Assembly: GCA_963664405.1 (NCBI GenBank)
Contig: OY761158.1
Coordinates: 416,001-480,000, forward strand
Direction: 5' to 3'
Origin: Thermoanaerobaculia bacterium
GTDB lineage: Bacteria; Acidobacteriota; Thermoanaerobaculia; Multivoradales; Multivoraceae
DNA length: 64,000 nucleotides
Part shown: positions 20,454-30,628 of the stretch, in pieces
How positions within the stretch are numbered: position 1 is the first letter of the stretch
Layout of the letters: every line of letters starts with the position of its first letter
Position numbers and translations under genes: made by a program
Notes under the pieces: model-generated
Databases searched by the model: none
Seen by the model: the letters and a program-made list of their open reading frames with translations, nothing else
What the model was told of the DNA's origin: nothing

Positions 20454-22135
20454 GTGAGCAATGCGTTGTAAACATCGAGAGTCGTCGACGACGGCTCGAC
20501 GCCGAGCTCCAAGAGGAGCAGCTGGCGCAGCCGGCCATATTGCCGGTTGACCAGATCTCTACGGCCTCGCGCCGCATAGACCTTCATGATCGAGACGTGT
20601 ACCGATTCCTCGAGAGGATCCTCAAAGAGCAGCGAGCGGTAGGCATCTTCAGCATCGCTCCAACGCTCGAGCCGACTGTAGACATCGCCCAGTCGACGCA
20701 GGAGATCCACATAGCGCAGCTGGAGCTCATCACGTCGTGACAGCATCCATGAATCGCTCATCCCTTCGAGGAAAGGCCCCTCATAGGTGCTCCAGGACTC
20801 CTGCCACACCTTCGCCGCCTCCTCCAGGCGGCCCCTGTCGCGAAGCTCCCTCCCGCTTCTGAGTCCGTCGAGAAAAACGCGCAGGTCGACATCCCAGCGC
20901 AGCTCAGGATCGAGATCGTAAATGCCGTCACGCAAGCGAATCACGGCACCATGCTCGGTTCCTTCGGGCTGAAGACTGCGACGCAGGCGCGAGATGGTCG
21001 GATGGAGATTGCGCCGAACCTGATCTTCGGTGGCGTCTCGCCACAGTACGCTGACAATCTCTTCGCGCGAGGCGGCCAGGCCCGGAGAGGCCGCTAGATA
21101 GGCCAATACGCGCAGTGGCCTCTTGAAGCTCCAGGTCACGAGGTCGAAGTGGCCGTCTGTGCTCAGGCGCTCGACCCGAGGCGTACCGAGAAGCTTGATC
21201 TTGAGGTCCGGCTCTTCCCGGCTTCGTCGCCACGGCTCGCGCTCCCGCGAGTGTCGACCGGCAACTCTCACCCGAGACCGCGCAAGGGACGCGACCCGTC
21301 GCGTTCCCCACCGCACGAGGGCCTCTTCTTTCAACACAGCCTCGAGCGGAGCCGGCAAACGCAGCCGCCCCTGTTTCACCATCGGCAGCCCGACCTCACG
21401 CGTGAGCCGGCTGAGAACCGCATCTCGATTACGCCGGTTCCCACGGCTTCCGACGAAGCTCCGCCAGTCCTGGTGTTCGCTACAGGCAAGCTCGAGCAGC
21501 AGCTCCTGTTCCGGTTCCGACAGCGGCTGCAACACCCTCGTGCGCAGAAAGCCAGCCACGGAAGAGACCGACATGAATGCGTCACTTCTAGGACTCGCTG
21601 ACGCGCAGCCAGGGTCGCGGCTCCACAGCACGAGAGGCAGCAGCCAGCCCTCGCTCCAGGTCACGAGCGCTCGGGCATCCGCCTCGTTCACGACCCGCGA
21701 CGTTTCGTCCTGCCATAGCTTCGCCACCTCCTCGATGTTGAGGAGAAGTTGCTCGGGCGATGTCGAGAGAGCTCCCAGGCTGGTCGCAAGAGGTGCCTCT
21801 CCAGCAACTACCACGCGCTCACCGGGGCGTAGCCACGAGGTCAGCTCGTCCGCATCGGCGTCAGAAGGGTCCTGACAGACGAACCAAGACACGCCCCTCC
21901 CCCTCATCTCCTCGATCCGACCCTCGAGTCGATCAGAGCTTTTCAGCCACCCGGAAGGTACGAAATCGACAGCTTCGTCTTCTAAGAACCGGCCGAGGAG
22001 AGCCCGCTTCCCTGTTCCGGGCCAGCCCCAGAGTTGAACCAAAGGCGCATCGAGCGACTCGACTATGTCGCGAAGACGGGCGAAATGAGGAGCTCCGGCC
22101 GCCCCAGTCCCCGCGCGGGAGGATCGAGTCGGCAA
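20450..22135 (-). CDS. SARP/BTAD-domain transcriptional regulator with degenerate MalT-like N-terminus
   Basis: 'GWPGTGK' P-loop remnant; 'IKLLGTPRV', 'SREEIVSVLW', 'YEGPFL', 'EDPLEESVHVSIMKVYAARG', 'ELGVEPS'. Confidence 0.85.
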   Translation of the reverse strand: MPTRSSRAGTGAAGAPHFARLRDIVESLDAPLVQLWGWPGTGKRALLGRFLEDEAVDFVPSGWLKSSDRLEGRIEEMRGRGVSWFVCQDPSDADADELTSWLRPGERVVVAGEAPLATSLGALSTSPEQLLLNIEEVAKLWQDETSRVVNEADARALVTWSEGWLLPLVLWSRDPGCASASPRSDAFMSVSSVAGFLRTRVLQPLSEPEQELLLELACSEHQDWRSFVGSRGNRRNRDAVLSRLTREVGLPMVKQGRLRLPAPLEAVLKEEALVRWGTRRVASLARSRVRVAGRHSREREPWRRSREEPDLKIKLLGTPRVERLSTDGHFDLVTWSFKRPLRVLAYLAASPGLAASREEIVSVLWRDATEDQVRRNLHPTISRLRRSLQPEGTEHGAVIRLRDGIYDLDPELRWDVDLRVFLDGLRSGRELRDRGRLEEAAKVWQESWSTYEGPFLEGMSDSWMLSRRDELQLRYVDLLRRLGDVYSRLERWSDAEDAYRSLLFEDPLEESVHVSIMKVYAARGRRDLVNRQYGRLRQLLLLELGVEPSSTTLDVYNALLT

Positions 22136-22141
22136 ACCGTC

Positions 22142-22876
22142 TCAGGCCCGAGAGCCCACCGGTGTACTCGGCCCGCGAAGATCCTCGACGAGACGAGCGC
22201 GCACGATCTTCATATCCTCCCAGGTCGGCCTCTTGTACTGTTGGCTGCGAAGCAGTGCCGCGGGGTGGTAGGTAACCCTCAGGGGAGCTCCACGAAATTC
22301 ATGCCACTCGCCTCGCATACGACCCAACGATAAGTCGCTGCCGAGAAGAGTCTGAGCGGCAACCCGGCCCAAGGCAACAACGATCTTCGGCTGCACCAGG
22401 TCGATCTGACGCTCCAAGAAGGCACGGCACGCGGCCACTTCGGCTGGAAGAGGATCCCGGTTTCCTGGCGGTCGACACTTGACGATATTGGCGATATAGA
22501 CCTCTTCGCGAGTGAGGTCGATCGCTTCGATGATGCGGGTCAGAAGCTCGCCGGCGGGCCCGACGAAGGGGAGGCCCTTGGCGTCCTCATGGGCTCCAGG
22601 ACCTTCTCCCACAAACATCAGCTCCGCATTGGCGTTGCCCGACCCGAATACGACATTCTTGCGTTGGCCCGCGAGAGCACAGGCTTCACAGCCGGCCGCC
22701 TCCTGCGCGGCTTCACTCAGAGCAATCGCTCGTGAAGCAGGGCTGGCCCCCAGCTCTGTACTGGGTGCACCCGCGCCAGCCGCAGATCCCTCCGCCCCCT
22801 CTACGGGGCGAGACGCCCGAGGATAGACGTATTCATAGTCCAAGTCGCGGAGATAGCGAAGTACCTCGTACACCAC
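22142..22876 (-). CDS. uracil-DNA glycosylase family 4
   Basis: 'CEAC', 'FVGEGPG', 'PFVGPAG', 'NIVKCRPPGNRDP', 'TYHPAALLR'. Confidence 0.95.
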   Translation of the reverse strand: MVYEVLRYLRDLDYEYVYPRASRPVEGAEGSAAGAGAPSTELGASPASRAIALSEAAQEAAGCEACALAGQRKNVVFGSGNANAELMFVGEGPGAHEDAKGLPFVGPAGELLTRIIEAIDLTREEVYIANIVKCRPPGNRDPLPAEVAACRAFLERQIDLVQPKIVVALGRVAAQTLLGSDLSLGRMRGEWHEFRGAPLRVTYHPAALLRSQQYKRPTWEDMKIVRARLVEDLRGPSTPVGSRA

Positions 22877-22909
22877 GGTTTCCCTAGACCTCCGATGAGG
22901 AGCTCCTGT

Positions 22910-24148
22910 TCAGGGGCTCGCTCCGGAATCTGCGGTCTCTCGCGATGGGCTCGCGCCATTGCTATCAAGAGCCACTATCAAAAGCTCGAACAGCCTCCTT
23001 GCGACTTCGGCCTTCGAGCAGCGCTCGATGAGGGTGACTGATCCGTCTCTTCCATAGACAGTCACTTCGTTGCAGTCGCTGCTGAAGCCGATATCGGAGC
23101 GCGATACATCATTCGCGACCAGGAAGTGAGCTTGCTTGCGCTCGAGCTTCGCCCTTGCATAGTCCTCGAGGCCTTCGGTCTCAGCGCCGAAGCCCACTCG
23201 TATCGCTCCAGCCGCCGTCTTGGCGAGCCCGGCGAGAATGTCGGGGTTCTCTACCAAGGGAATCTCGCTAAGGCCGCCAGTCTCCTTCTTCAACTTCTTC
23301 GCTGCCGCGTGCTCGGGACGGTAGTCGCTTACGGCAGCCGCCATGATCACAAGATCGGCACCCTCCACGGCACTCTCCACCGCGCTCTTCATCTCCACCG
23401 CCGACTCGACGTCAACACGAGTGACGCCCGCAGGTGTTGGCAAGCTAACCGGACCTGCCACGAGGCACACGCCGGCGCCGCACCGTGCCGCCTCGGCAGC
23501 GAGCGCAAAGCCCATCTTGCCACTCGAGCGATTCCCCAGAAAACGGACCGGATCCACGGCTTCATAGGTAGGCCCGGCACTAACCACTACGCGTCTGCCG
23601 ATCAGAGTGCCCAGCCCGGCCGTGCTCTCCTCGACAACATCAAGGATGGTCTCCGGCTCGGCCATCCGGCCCCAGCCGACCTCCCCCGAAGCGAGATCGC
23701 CACACTCGGGGCCAATCATAGTGACGCCGCGCCCCTCGAGCCGACGCACGTGCTCCTGCACACTCGCCTTCTCCCACATCGCCGGATGCATCGCCGGCGC
23801 GGCGAATACAGCTCCATCGAACGCAAGCGCCATCGTCGTCAGGAAATCGTCTGCCAAACCCAGAGACAAGCGCGCCAGCGTGTGCGCCGTCGCCGGCACC
23901 ACGAGCAGGGTCTGCGCCCACTGCGCAGCGCTGATGTGAAGTTCCTCGCCGGAGCCATTTGCTTCGAGGTAGGCGTCGTCGTAGACCGGATAGCCGGACA
24001 GCACCTCGAGACTCAGCGGAGTCACGAAAGACTCCGCAGCACGGGTAAGAGCGCAGCGCACCTCGTGCCCTCGCTCGCGCAACCGGCGCACGAGCTGAGG
24101 TGCCTTGATCGCCGCAATACCTCCACTGACCCCGACCAGGACCCGCAC
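22910..24148 (-). CDS. coaBC: bifunctional phosphopantothenoylcysteine decarboxylase/synthetase
   Basis: 'GVSGGIAA', 'APAMH', 'AGPTYEAVDPVRFLGNRSSGKMG', 'AAVSDY'. Confidence 0.97.
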   Translation of the reverse strand: MRVLVGVSGGIAAIKAPQLVRRLRERGHEVRCALTRAAESFVTPLSLEVLSGYPVYDDAYLEANGSGEELHISAAQWAQTLLVVPATAHTLARLSLGLADDFLTTMALAFDGAVFAAPAMHPAMWEKASVQEHVRRLEGRGVTMIGPECGDLASGEVGWGRMAEPETILDVVEESTAGLGTLIGRRVVVSAGPTYEAVDPVRFLGNRSSGKMGFALAAEAARCGAGVCLVAGPVSLPTPAGVTRVDVESAVEMKSAVESAVEGADLVIMAAAVSDYRPEHAAAKKLKKETGGLSEIPLVENPDILAGLAKTAAGAIRVGFGAETEGLEDYARAKLERKQAHFLVANDVSRSDIGFSSDCNEVTVYGRDGSVTLIERCSKAEVARRLFELLIVALDSNGASPSRETADSGASP

Positions 24149-24165
24149 TAGTGCGTCCTCCTACG

Positions 24166-24411
24166 TTACTCCTCGGCCAGCTCCTCGGCCCCTTCCGCTC
24201 CCTCTACAGCCTCCTCCTCCACCACCGGAGCTGGACCATGGTCCCACTCGATGAGGCCCCCAAGCACCTCTTCCATCGCCCCCCTGGCCAGCTTGGGGCT
24301 CGAGTATTCGATCTTCGGGCGGGCCCCGCGCATCACTTGCTCTGCGCGTCCGGCAGCCAGAAGAATGAAGCGGAATTTACTGTCTATATTGGTATGCTCG
24401 TAATTTGGCAT
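24166..24411 (-). CDS. rpoZ: RNA polymerase subunit omega
   Basis: 'IDSKFRFILLAAGRAEQVMRGARP...AMEEV'; lies between gmk and coaBC. Confidence 0.9.
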   Translation of the reverse strand: MPNYEHTNIDSKFRFILLAAGRAEQVMRGARPKIEYSSPKLARGAMEEVLGGLIEWDHGPAPVVEEEAVEGAEGAEELAEE

Positions 24412-24457
24412 GAACTCCTCCACGATCCCGGCGGGAGCGCCAGAGCGACGGTTCCGC

Positions 24458-25129
24458 TCACGAAGCTGTCCGGCTGAAGTCTTCGAGCACGACCGCGATG
24501 CGGTCGCGCACACGTTCTCTTCTATGACGCTTTTCTATGATGATCGACGCGAGAGCCGCACTTGCCGCCTCTACATCATCATTAACAATAACATATTCAT
24601 AATTCTCAAAAGAGAGGATCTCCTGAAGGGCCGCTGCCAACCTTCGCTCGATGGCTTCGGCAGCATCGAGATCCCGAGCCAGCAGTCGCGCCTTCAGATC
24701 TCGATAGCTCGGCGGCACGACAAAGACGCCATGCACACGCTTGAAGGCCAGCTTCGAGCGGCTGTCGTCGAGTACCTTGCGCGCGCCCTGGACATCAATG
24801 TCCATGACCACATCTACTCCGCCATCGAGCCGCGGGAGCACCTCGTCGAGCGCGGTGCCGTAATGGTGGTCGTGCACACGCGCCCACTCGAGAAAGCGCT
24901 CGTCCTCGATCATCTCCTCGAAGGTCGCCTCAGTCACAAAGTGATAGTCGCGACCGGTCTCCTCACCGCATCGAGGCCGCCGAGTGGTGTGGCTTACAGA
25001 AAACGCCAGGCGCTCGACCTGTTGGCCCTCGAGAAGTCGACGAATCAGCGTCGTCTTGCCGCTTCCAGAGGGGCCCGAAAGGATAAAGAGCTCGCCGTGG
25101 TCGGCGACCTTGTCTTTACTACTGGACAT
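24458..25129 (-). CDS. gmk: guanylate kinase
   Basis: 'SGPSGSGKTT', 'SVSHTTRRPR', 'DYHFV', 'YGT', 'DIDVQGA'. Confidence 0.96.
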   Translation of the reverse strand: MSSSKDKVADHGELFILSGPSGSGKTTLIRRLLEGQQVERLAFSVSHTTRRPRCGEETGRDYHFVTEATFEEMIEDERFLEWARVHDHHYGTALDEVLPRLDGGVDVVMDIDVQGARKVLDDSRSKLAFKRVHGVFVVPPSYRDLKARLLARDLDAAEAIERRLAAALQEILSFENYEYVIVNDDVEAASAALASIIIEKRHRRERVRDRIAVVLEDFSRTAS

Positions 25130-26009
25130 TCTGCACTTGCTCCCGCAACTGGTCGGCAACGAGCCTGGCATCGAGGACGGCCTGCGCCATCGAGAGGTCT
25201 CGGCACTTGGCTCCTATCGTGTTGAGCTCCCGCATGAGCTCCTGACACAGAAAGTCGAGTCGCTTGCCTACCGGCGGCGGGTTACTCATGATCTCGGCTC
25301 CATGCTCCAGATGCGCTCGCAACCGATCTAGCTCTTCGCGCACATCTCCGCGCTCGACCAAGAGGGCGACCTCCTGCAAGAGGCGCTGACGATCCGGCAG
25401 CGCTTCTACCACCAGGGCGTGCAGACGTTCCTCGAGAGCACCGAGCTGGTGCTCCGCGACCTCCTGCCTACGGCGCGTCAGCTCTTCGACAATCCCAGCG
25501 AGTTGGTCGAATCCCGCCTGCAGCTCTTTGGCTAACTTCGCCCCTTCGATCCCTCGAGCGTCCTGGAGCTCATCGAGGGCGATCGAGCTCACTTCAATGA
25601 GGAGCTTCTCGTCGGCACGAGACCACGAGGCCTCAGCCTCTCGGATCTCGAGAATGCCGGGAATTCGTAGCAGGTCGCCGGCGGACAGCGGCGCCAACTC
25701 TAAGCCCTCCGCCCGAAGCCCAGCGACCAGCTCGACGAGCGCTTGAGCACGACGCCGGTCGATGTCGACGCTGGCCTCGAGCTCGACAATTCTCTCGACA
25801 TCGACACTGACCTCTACCCGCCCGCGTCGCAGACGACTCTTGACCAGATCTCTCAACGCCACCTCGTTTCGACGGTAGGGATCGCGGAGACGGACCACCA
25901 GATCGAGACCGCGATGGTTGACGGATCGAATCTCGACACCGATGCGGTAACGGTCGTTCTCCTCGACCGCGGAACCGAAACCGGTCATGCTGGTCAAGCC
26001 CTCACTCAT
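25119..26009 (-). CDS. yicC: YicC/YloC family endoribonuclease
   Basis: 'SMTGFG', 'EIRSVNHR', 'EELDRLRAH', 'GKRLDFLCQELMRELNTIGAK', 'REQVQNV'. Confidence 0.93.
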   Translation of the reverse strand: MSEGLTSMTGFGSAVEENDRYRIGVEIRSVNHRGLDLVVRLRDPYRRNEVALRDLVKSRLRRGRVEVSVDVERIVELEASVDIDRRRAQALVELVAGLRAEGLELAPLSAGDLLRIPGILEIREAEASWSRADEKLLIEVSSIALDELQDARGIEGAKLAKELQAGFDQLAGIVEELTRRRQEVAEHQLGALEERLHALVVEALPDRQRLLQEVALLVERGDVREELDRLRAHLEHGAEIMSNPPPVGKRLDFLCQELMRELNTIGAKCRDLSMAQAVLDARLVADQLREQVQNVQ

Positions 26010-26193
26010 GCGACCTCCTCCAGCAGCGCCGGTCTCCAATCAGCGAGCTCCCCTCGAGCAGCTGGTCGAAAAGTGCGCTCGGCAAGCCTGGCGCCTCAAC
26101 CAGTACAGCCTTCAGTGAGCGCTCTTGCGCCACTCTGGCAAGGCCTCCGAGCATTGTGAAAGGGAGCGAGCGAACCTCGCGCTCTCCGTTCAT
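26002..26193 (-). CDS. small hypothetical protein
   Basis: ATGA overlap with the upstream gene and overlap with the yicC start; no motif recognised. Confidence 0.35.
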   Translation of the reverse strand: MNGEREVRSLPFTMLGGLARVAQERSLKAVLVEAPGLPSALFDQLLEGSSLIGDRRCWRRSHE

Positions 26194-26381
26194 GGAAACG
26201 GAGTGGGCGGTCCCGACGGGAAGGGGTACATAACCCACGCCGCCGCGATTCCACCTAACATCAACCCCAAAAAGAGCTGCGCGAACAGTTTGATCTGCTC
26301 CCCTCGATGACGTCGCCACAGCACGGAGAAGAAGGTGCTCAGCAAGAGAGCGTAGACCGTCATGAGGAAGAGATGACTCAT
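26190..26381 (-). CDS. small two-TM membrane protein
   Basis: 'MSHLFLMTVYALLLSTFFSVL...WVMYPFP'; operon context. Confidence 0.7.
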   Translation of the reverse strand: MSHLFLMTVYALLLSTFFSVLWRRHRGEQIKLFAQLFLGLMLGGIAAAWVMYPFPSGPPTPFP

Positions 26382-26403
26382 CTTCTTGCCCGGGAGAGCG
26401 CGA

Positions 26404-26814
26404 TCAGTCCTTCTCGCCCCGCCCGATGTCGAAGACGTCGAGAATCACGAGAATGTTCATCAAGCCGGAAGTGAGGATAAAAGCCTTTCCGTATTCGTAG
26501 CCCGCGGACTCGAGATTGCCGGCGTAGTCGAGAACATGAAGGAAGACAAAATACAGGGAGCCTGTAGCCGCACAGGCCAGCGCAGCGAGGGTCGCCAGCG
26601 GTTGACCGACGTCATGATAGAGCTCGCCCTCCAGCTGGCAACCGAGCAAGAAACAAGCTGCAACGATGGCGAAGAAGACGACTGCCCGAGCGCGACGGCC
26701 AAGCGCCCAGTGCCCGGCTCCCGGAATCGCCCAAGCCAGTACGAGGGCTAGCGCAAGCTTTCCGCCGGCGACCGAAGACGCAACCGAGACGCCATCCTGC
26801 GTAGAAGAATCCAT
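26404..26814 (-). CDS. DUF6677-like membrane protein
   Basis: 'LAWAIPGAGH', 'YEYG..F...SGLMNIL..LD'. Confidence 0.7.
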   Translation of the reverse strand: MDSSTQDGVSVASSVAGGKLALALVLAWAIPGAGHWALGRRARAVVFFAIVAACFLLGCQLEGELYHDVGQPLATLAALACAATGSLYFVFLHVLDYAGNLESAGYEYGKAFILTSGLMNILVILDVFDIGRGEKD

Positions 26815-26837
26815 CGACGCAAGAGGCCCCGACGCGA

Positions 26838-27131
26838 TCAGGACCCGGAGGGGTTGTCTCTGTTGAGGAGCTCTCTGAGTTCCTTGCCGGGCTTGAAGTA
26901 GGGGATACTCTTCGAGGGAACGTCCACCTTAGCCCCGGTCTTGGGATTTCGGCCAGTTCGCGAGCCACGCTGCCGAATCCGGAAACTCCCGAAACCGCGT
27001 AGCTCGATCTTCTCGCCATCCTTCAGCGAACCGACAATACTGTCGAATACGGTGTTGACCATCACTTCGGCGTGCTTCTTGGTCAGCTGCGTGTTTCTCG
27101 CCACCTGATCGACCAACTCTGCTTTCGTCAT
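26838..27131 (-). CDS. ihfB: integration host factor beta / HU family DNA-binding protein
   Basis: 'MTKAELV...IELRGFGSF...GRNPKTG...PYFKPGKEL'; follows rpsA. Confidence 0.92.
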   Translation of the reverse strand: MTKAELVDQVARNTQLTKKHAEVMVNTVFDSIVGSLKDGEKIELRGFGSFRIRQRGSRTGRNPKTGAKVDVPSKSIPYFKPGKELRELLNRDNPSGS

Positions 27132-27150
27132 CCCTCCACGCATGAGCACC

Positions 27151-29337
27151 TCACTCCTTCTCTTCCTGTGCCTCTCCCTCGTCCGCCGGCGGCGCGGACT
27201 CGCTACTGCCTTGAGCGCCGTCTTCCGCGGGCTCGCCTTCGGATCGGGCCGCTTCGGCCGAAGCCTCTTGCGCGGCAGCCTCTTCGGCTGGAGCCTCTTC
27301 GTCCGTGGCCGGTTCACTCGAGGCCGCGGCCTCCGTGGTCTCCGAGCCTGAAGCCTCCTCCTCGGTCGACTCGCTATCGGAAGCCTCGGCGGCCTCACTC
27401 TCGGCAGCAACCTCGACTGCGTTCTCAGCCCCAACTGCGTCTACAACCTCAGCCTCCGGCTCCGCTTCGGCTGAAGCAGTGGAGGTGTCCTCGAGGCTGC
27501 TGACGTCGGCCGCATCGTCGGTCGCAGCTTCGGTCGCAGCTTCGGTCGCGGCTTCGGCCGCCGCTTCGGCCGCCGCTTCCGGACCGGCCTCTTCGTTTTC
27601 GGCAGCCTCCGCATCGGTGGCTGCCTGCACGACCGCTGCAGCCAGGGTCGACAGCTTCTCCTGGAAAGTCTGCTCCAGAGCCTCAGACTCCTCGTTCTCG
27701 AGAGGTGTTACACCTCGCATCGTCAGACCGACCTTGTGATCGTCGTCGTCGACGCGCAGGATTCTCACCCGCACCCACTTCCCGACCACGTAGTGATCCT
27801 CCAAGCGTTGCCCAGGGATGTCGATCTCGCTGACGTGGGCCAGGCCCTCCAGCCCCTCGTGTACGTCTATGAACAGACCGAAGTCCGTGATGTTGACCAC
27901 CCGTCCTTCGATCGTGTCTCCCACCATGTGAGAGTCCACGAAGTCTTGCCACTCATTCGGCAAGAACTCCTTGATCGAAAGTGAGACCCTCTGGTTGTCG
28001 ACATCGATCGAAGTGATCCGGGCACGCACCGCGTCCCCCTTGTTCAGCACTTCGCTCGGGTGCTTGATCCGCCTGGTCCAGCTCATGTCCGAAACATGGA
28101 TAAGACCGTCGATCTCGTCGGTGATCTCGACAAAGGCGCCGAACTCGGTCAGGTTGCGCACCGCACCCTCGATAAGAGTTCCTACCGGGAAGATGTTCGC
28201 AAGGTCCTCCCACGGGTTCGTCTCGGTCTGTCGCAGCGAGAGGCTGATGCGTCGATTGCTCATATCGAGCTCCGAGACGATCGCCTGCACTTCGTCTCCG
28301 ACGGTCAGCATTTTGGACGGATTCACTACCTTCTTCGTCCACGACATCTCGCTGACGTGAATCAGGCCCTCGACCCCGTCCTCGAGCTCGATGAACGCAC
28401 CGTAATCGACCAAGCTCACGGCTTTGCCGCGAACCAAAGAGCCGAGCGGGTACTTCTTGTCGACCAACGACCAAGGGTCCTCCCCACGCTGCTTGTAGCC
28501 CAGCGAAACTCGCTCAGTCTCGCGATCAAACTTGAGGATGACGATCTCGACCTCGTCGCCGACGCCAAAGTGCTCGGAGGGATGATTGACCCGGCCCCAG
28601 GAGATATCGGTGATGTGAAGCAGCCCGTCGATGCCTCCGAGGTCGATGAAGACGCCGTAGTCGGTGATGTTTTTCACCGTACCCATCATCACCGCACCTT
28701 CGCGTAGGTTCTCCAGAGTCTCGGCCTTCTGCTTCTCGTATTCCTTCTCCAAGACCGCTTTGCGGGAGAGCACGATGTTGTTGCGCCGTCGGTCCAGGCT
28801 GATCACCTTGAACTCGAGGTCTTCCCCCCGGAAGCTCTCGAGATTTTTCACCGGCTTGATGTCGACCAGAGAACCTGGGAGGAAAGCCCGTAGACCCACG
28901 TCGACGGTAAGACCTCCTTTGATGCGATCAATGACGCGGCCGGTGAGGATTGTGCCCTCTTTATAGGCATCCTCGACGCGGTTCCAAATCTTCATCCTCT
29001 CGGCCTTCTGCTTCGAAAGCAGGACATGGCCGTTTTGGTCCTCGGTCTGTTCGAGAAGGACTTCGACTTCTTCGCCTACGTCGACACCAATCTGACCGTC
29101 ACGGTTCCGAAACTCATCGAGGGAGATCAACCCCTCCGACTTGTAGCCGATGTCGATGATGACTTCGTTGGGAGTAAAGCCAATCACCGTCCCCGAGACG
29201 ATCTCACCCTCCGAAAGGTTGCGCATACTCTCATCGTAGAGAGCTACGAGCTCTTCGTAGCCGAGCTCCTGACGATCACCGCTAGCCTTCCCCTCGGGAG
29301 ACCCCTCAGCGCCGCCTTTATCTTCAATAGGCTGCAT
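27151..29337 (-). CDS. rpsA: 30S ribosomal protein S1 with long acidic C-terminal tail
   Basis: Six S1 repeats ('DIGYKSEG', 'GIDGLLHITDISW', 'GLIHVSEMSW'); Ala/Glu-rich tail. Confidence 0.97.
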   Translation of the reverse strand: MQPIEDKGGAEGSPEGKASGDRQELGYEELVALYDESMRNLSEGEIVSGTVIGFTPNEVIIDIGYKSEGLISLDEFRNRDGQIGVDVGEEVEVLLEQTEDQNGHVLLSKQKAERMKIWNRVEDAYKEGTILTGRVIDRIKGGLTVDVGLRAFLPGSLVDIKPVKNLESFRGEDLEFKVISLDRRRNNIVLSRKAVLEKEYEKQKAETLENLREGAVMMGTVKNITDYGVFIDLGGIDGLLHITDISWGRVNHPSEHFGVGDEVEIVILKFDRETERVSLGYKQRGEDPWSLVDKKYPLGSLVRGKAVSLVDYGAFIELEDGVEGLIHVSEMSWTKKVVNPSKMLTVGDEVQAIVSELDMSNRRISLSLRQTETNPWEDLANIFPVGTLIEGAVRNLTEFGAFVEITDEIDGLIHVSDMSWTRRIKHPSEVLNKGDAVRARITSIDVDNQRVSLSIKEFLPNEWQDFVDSHMVGDTIEGRVVNITDFGLFIDVHEGLEGLAHVSEIDIPGQRLEDHYVVGKWVRVRILRVDDDDHKVGLTMRGVTPLENEESEALEQTFQEKLSTLAAAVVQAATDAEAAENEEAGPEAAAEAAAEAATEAATEAATDDAADVSSLEDTSTASAEAEPEAEVVDAVGAENAVEVAAESEAAEASDSESTEEEASGSETTEAAASSEPATDEEAPAEEAAAQEASAEAARSEGEPAEDGAQGSSESAPPADEGEAQEEKE
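27518..27577. repeat. 12-bp tandem repeat x5 (TCGGYCGCVGCT) in the rpsA tail
   Basis: Five consecutive units encoding EAAA/EAAT. Confidence 0.8.
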
Positions 29338-29461
29338 TGAAACCCTTACCTCCTGGCTCTTTTTTTGGCTACCCGCTCGCCGAGTCGACGCAGCAACAGT
29401 GCAAGATCCCTGCGTAGAGGAAGCCCAGAACCCCGGAGTATAGGGGCGGCTTCTTCAGGGG

Positions 29462-30628
29462 TCAACCGACGGTGGGCTCAGCGCGGCCACCCGAGAGTCC
29501 GGCCAACGCACCCTCGAGCTCCTCCAAGACCCCCCCATCGGCCTCCTCGGTCAGGGCCTTGCTCAGAGCCGTCCGGGCTTCTTCGCCTCCGATCCGGCCG
29601 AGTGCCCAGGCCGCATGACCCCTCAGCACCGGCTCCTCCTCGAGGAAAAGGAGATCCGATAGCGCCGGTACGTACTCGCGGCGACGGCGATTCCCCATCA
29701 CAACAGTAGCGTTGCGCTTCAAGCCTGCCAGTTTGGCACGCTTGATCGGGCTACGGCGGAAGATCTCGACATAGTCGTCGCGTGACAGCCGGAGAATATC
29801 GACCAGACCCAAGTGTCGTCTCCGCTCAGGAATAGCGAAACTCGCTTCCCTAGCCGGCGTTGGCTCAGCGTTCCACGGGCAGACCTCCTGGCAGACATCG
29901 CAGCCAAAGACCCATTCCTCGACCCACTTCCTTGCCGGCAGTGGAAAAGGCCCCCGATGTTCGATGTTCCAGTAACTAATGCAGCGGCGGCTATCGAGCT
30001 GGTACGGAGCCACGAAGGCATCGGTGGGGCAAGCCTCGAGACAGGCCGTGCAAGAGCCACACATATCCGCGAGCGGCACATCCGGAGCGAGCTCGAGGCT
30101 GGTGAAGATCTCTCCCAGAAGAAAGTAGGAACCGCCTTCCGGATGGAGGAGATTGGTGTTCTTACCCACCGCACCCAGTCCAGCTCGGGCGGCCAGCTCA
30201 CGCTCGAGCACCGGCCCCGTATCGACGTAGCGACGCGTAATCGCATCGGGAAGGGCCTCCTGAATGCGCTCCTCGAGCAGAGCCAGACGACCTATCATCG
30301 TCTCGTGGTAGTCGTCGCCACGAGCGTAGCGAGCCACCCCCGGCCAAAGATCTCCACTTCCCTCCGCGTCCTCCATCGGCGCATATTGCAGAGCAACACA
30401 CAGCACGCTCCGCGCACCGGGGAAGATCCGACTGCCGTCGAGCCGCTCCTCCATCTTGCGCTCCATGTACCGCATCCCTGCGTGTCGCCCCGCCGACAGC
30501 CACTCGCGCAAAGAATCTCCGTGGGCTGAAGGCGCGAGCTCGCCCACACCCGCACGATCGAAGCCGCACTCCAAGGCCCATCGTTTGAAGACCTCCGCGC
30601 TCACGAGCGGTGAGGAGTCGGTCGTCAC
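29462..30628 (-). CDS. queG: epoxyqueuosine reductase
   Basis: 'ARYARGDDYH', 'VDTGPVLER', 'CGSCTACLEACPT', 'CISY', 'FGCDVCQEVCPWN', HEAT tail. Confidence 0.96.
   Translation of the reverse strand: MTTDSSPLVSAEVFKRWALECGFDRAGVGELAPSAHGDSLREWLSAGRHAGMRYMERKMEERLDGSRIFPGARSVLCVALQYAPMEDAEGSGDLWPGVARYARGDDYHETMIGRLALLEERIQEALPDAITRRYVDTGPVLERELAARAGLGAVGKNTNLLHPEGGSYFLLGEIFTSLELAPDVPLADMCGSCTACLEACPTDAFVAPYQLDSRRCISYWNIEHRGPFPLPARKWVEEWVFGCDVCQEVCPWNAEPTPAREASFAIPERRRHLGLVDILRLSRDDYVEIFRRSPIKRAKLAGLKRNATVVMGNRRRREYVPALSDLLFLEEEPVLRGHAAWALGRIGGEEARTALSKALTEEADGGVLEELEGALAGLSGGRAEPTVG

Noticed and set aside
27132-27434. Arg/Pro-rich N-terminal extension on ihfB
   Set aside because: It is an alternate frame of the rpsA tail; IHF starts at MTKAEL (27131).
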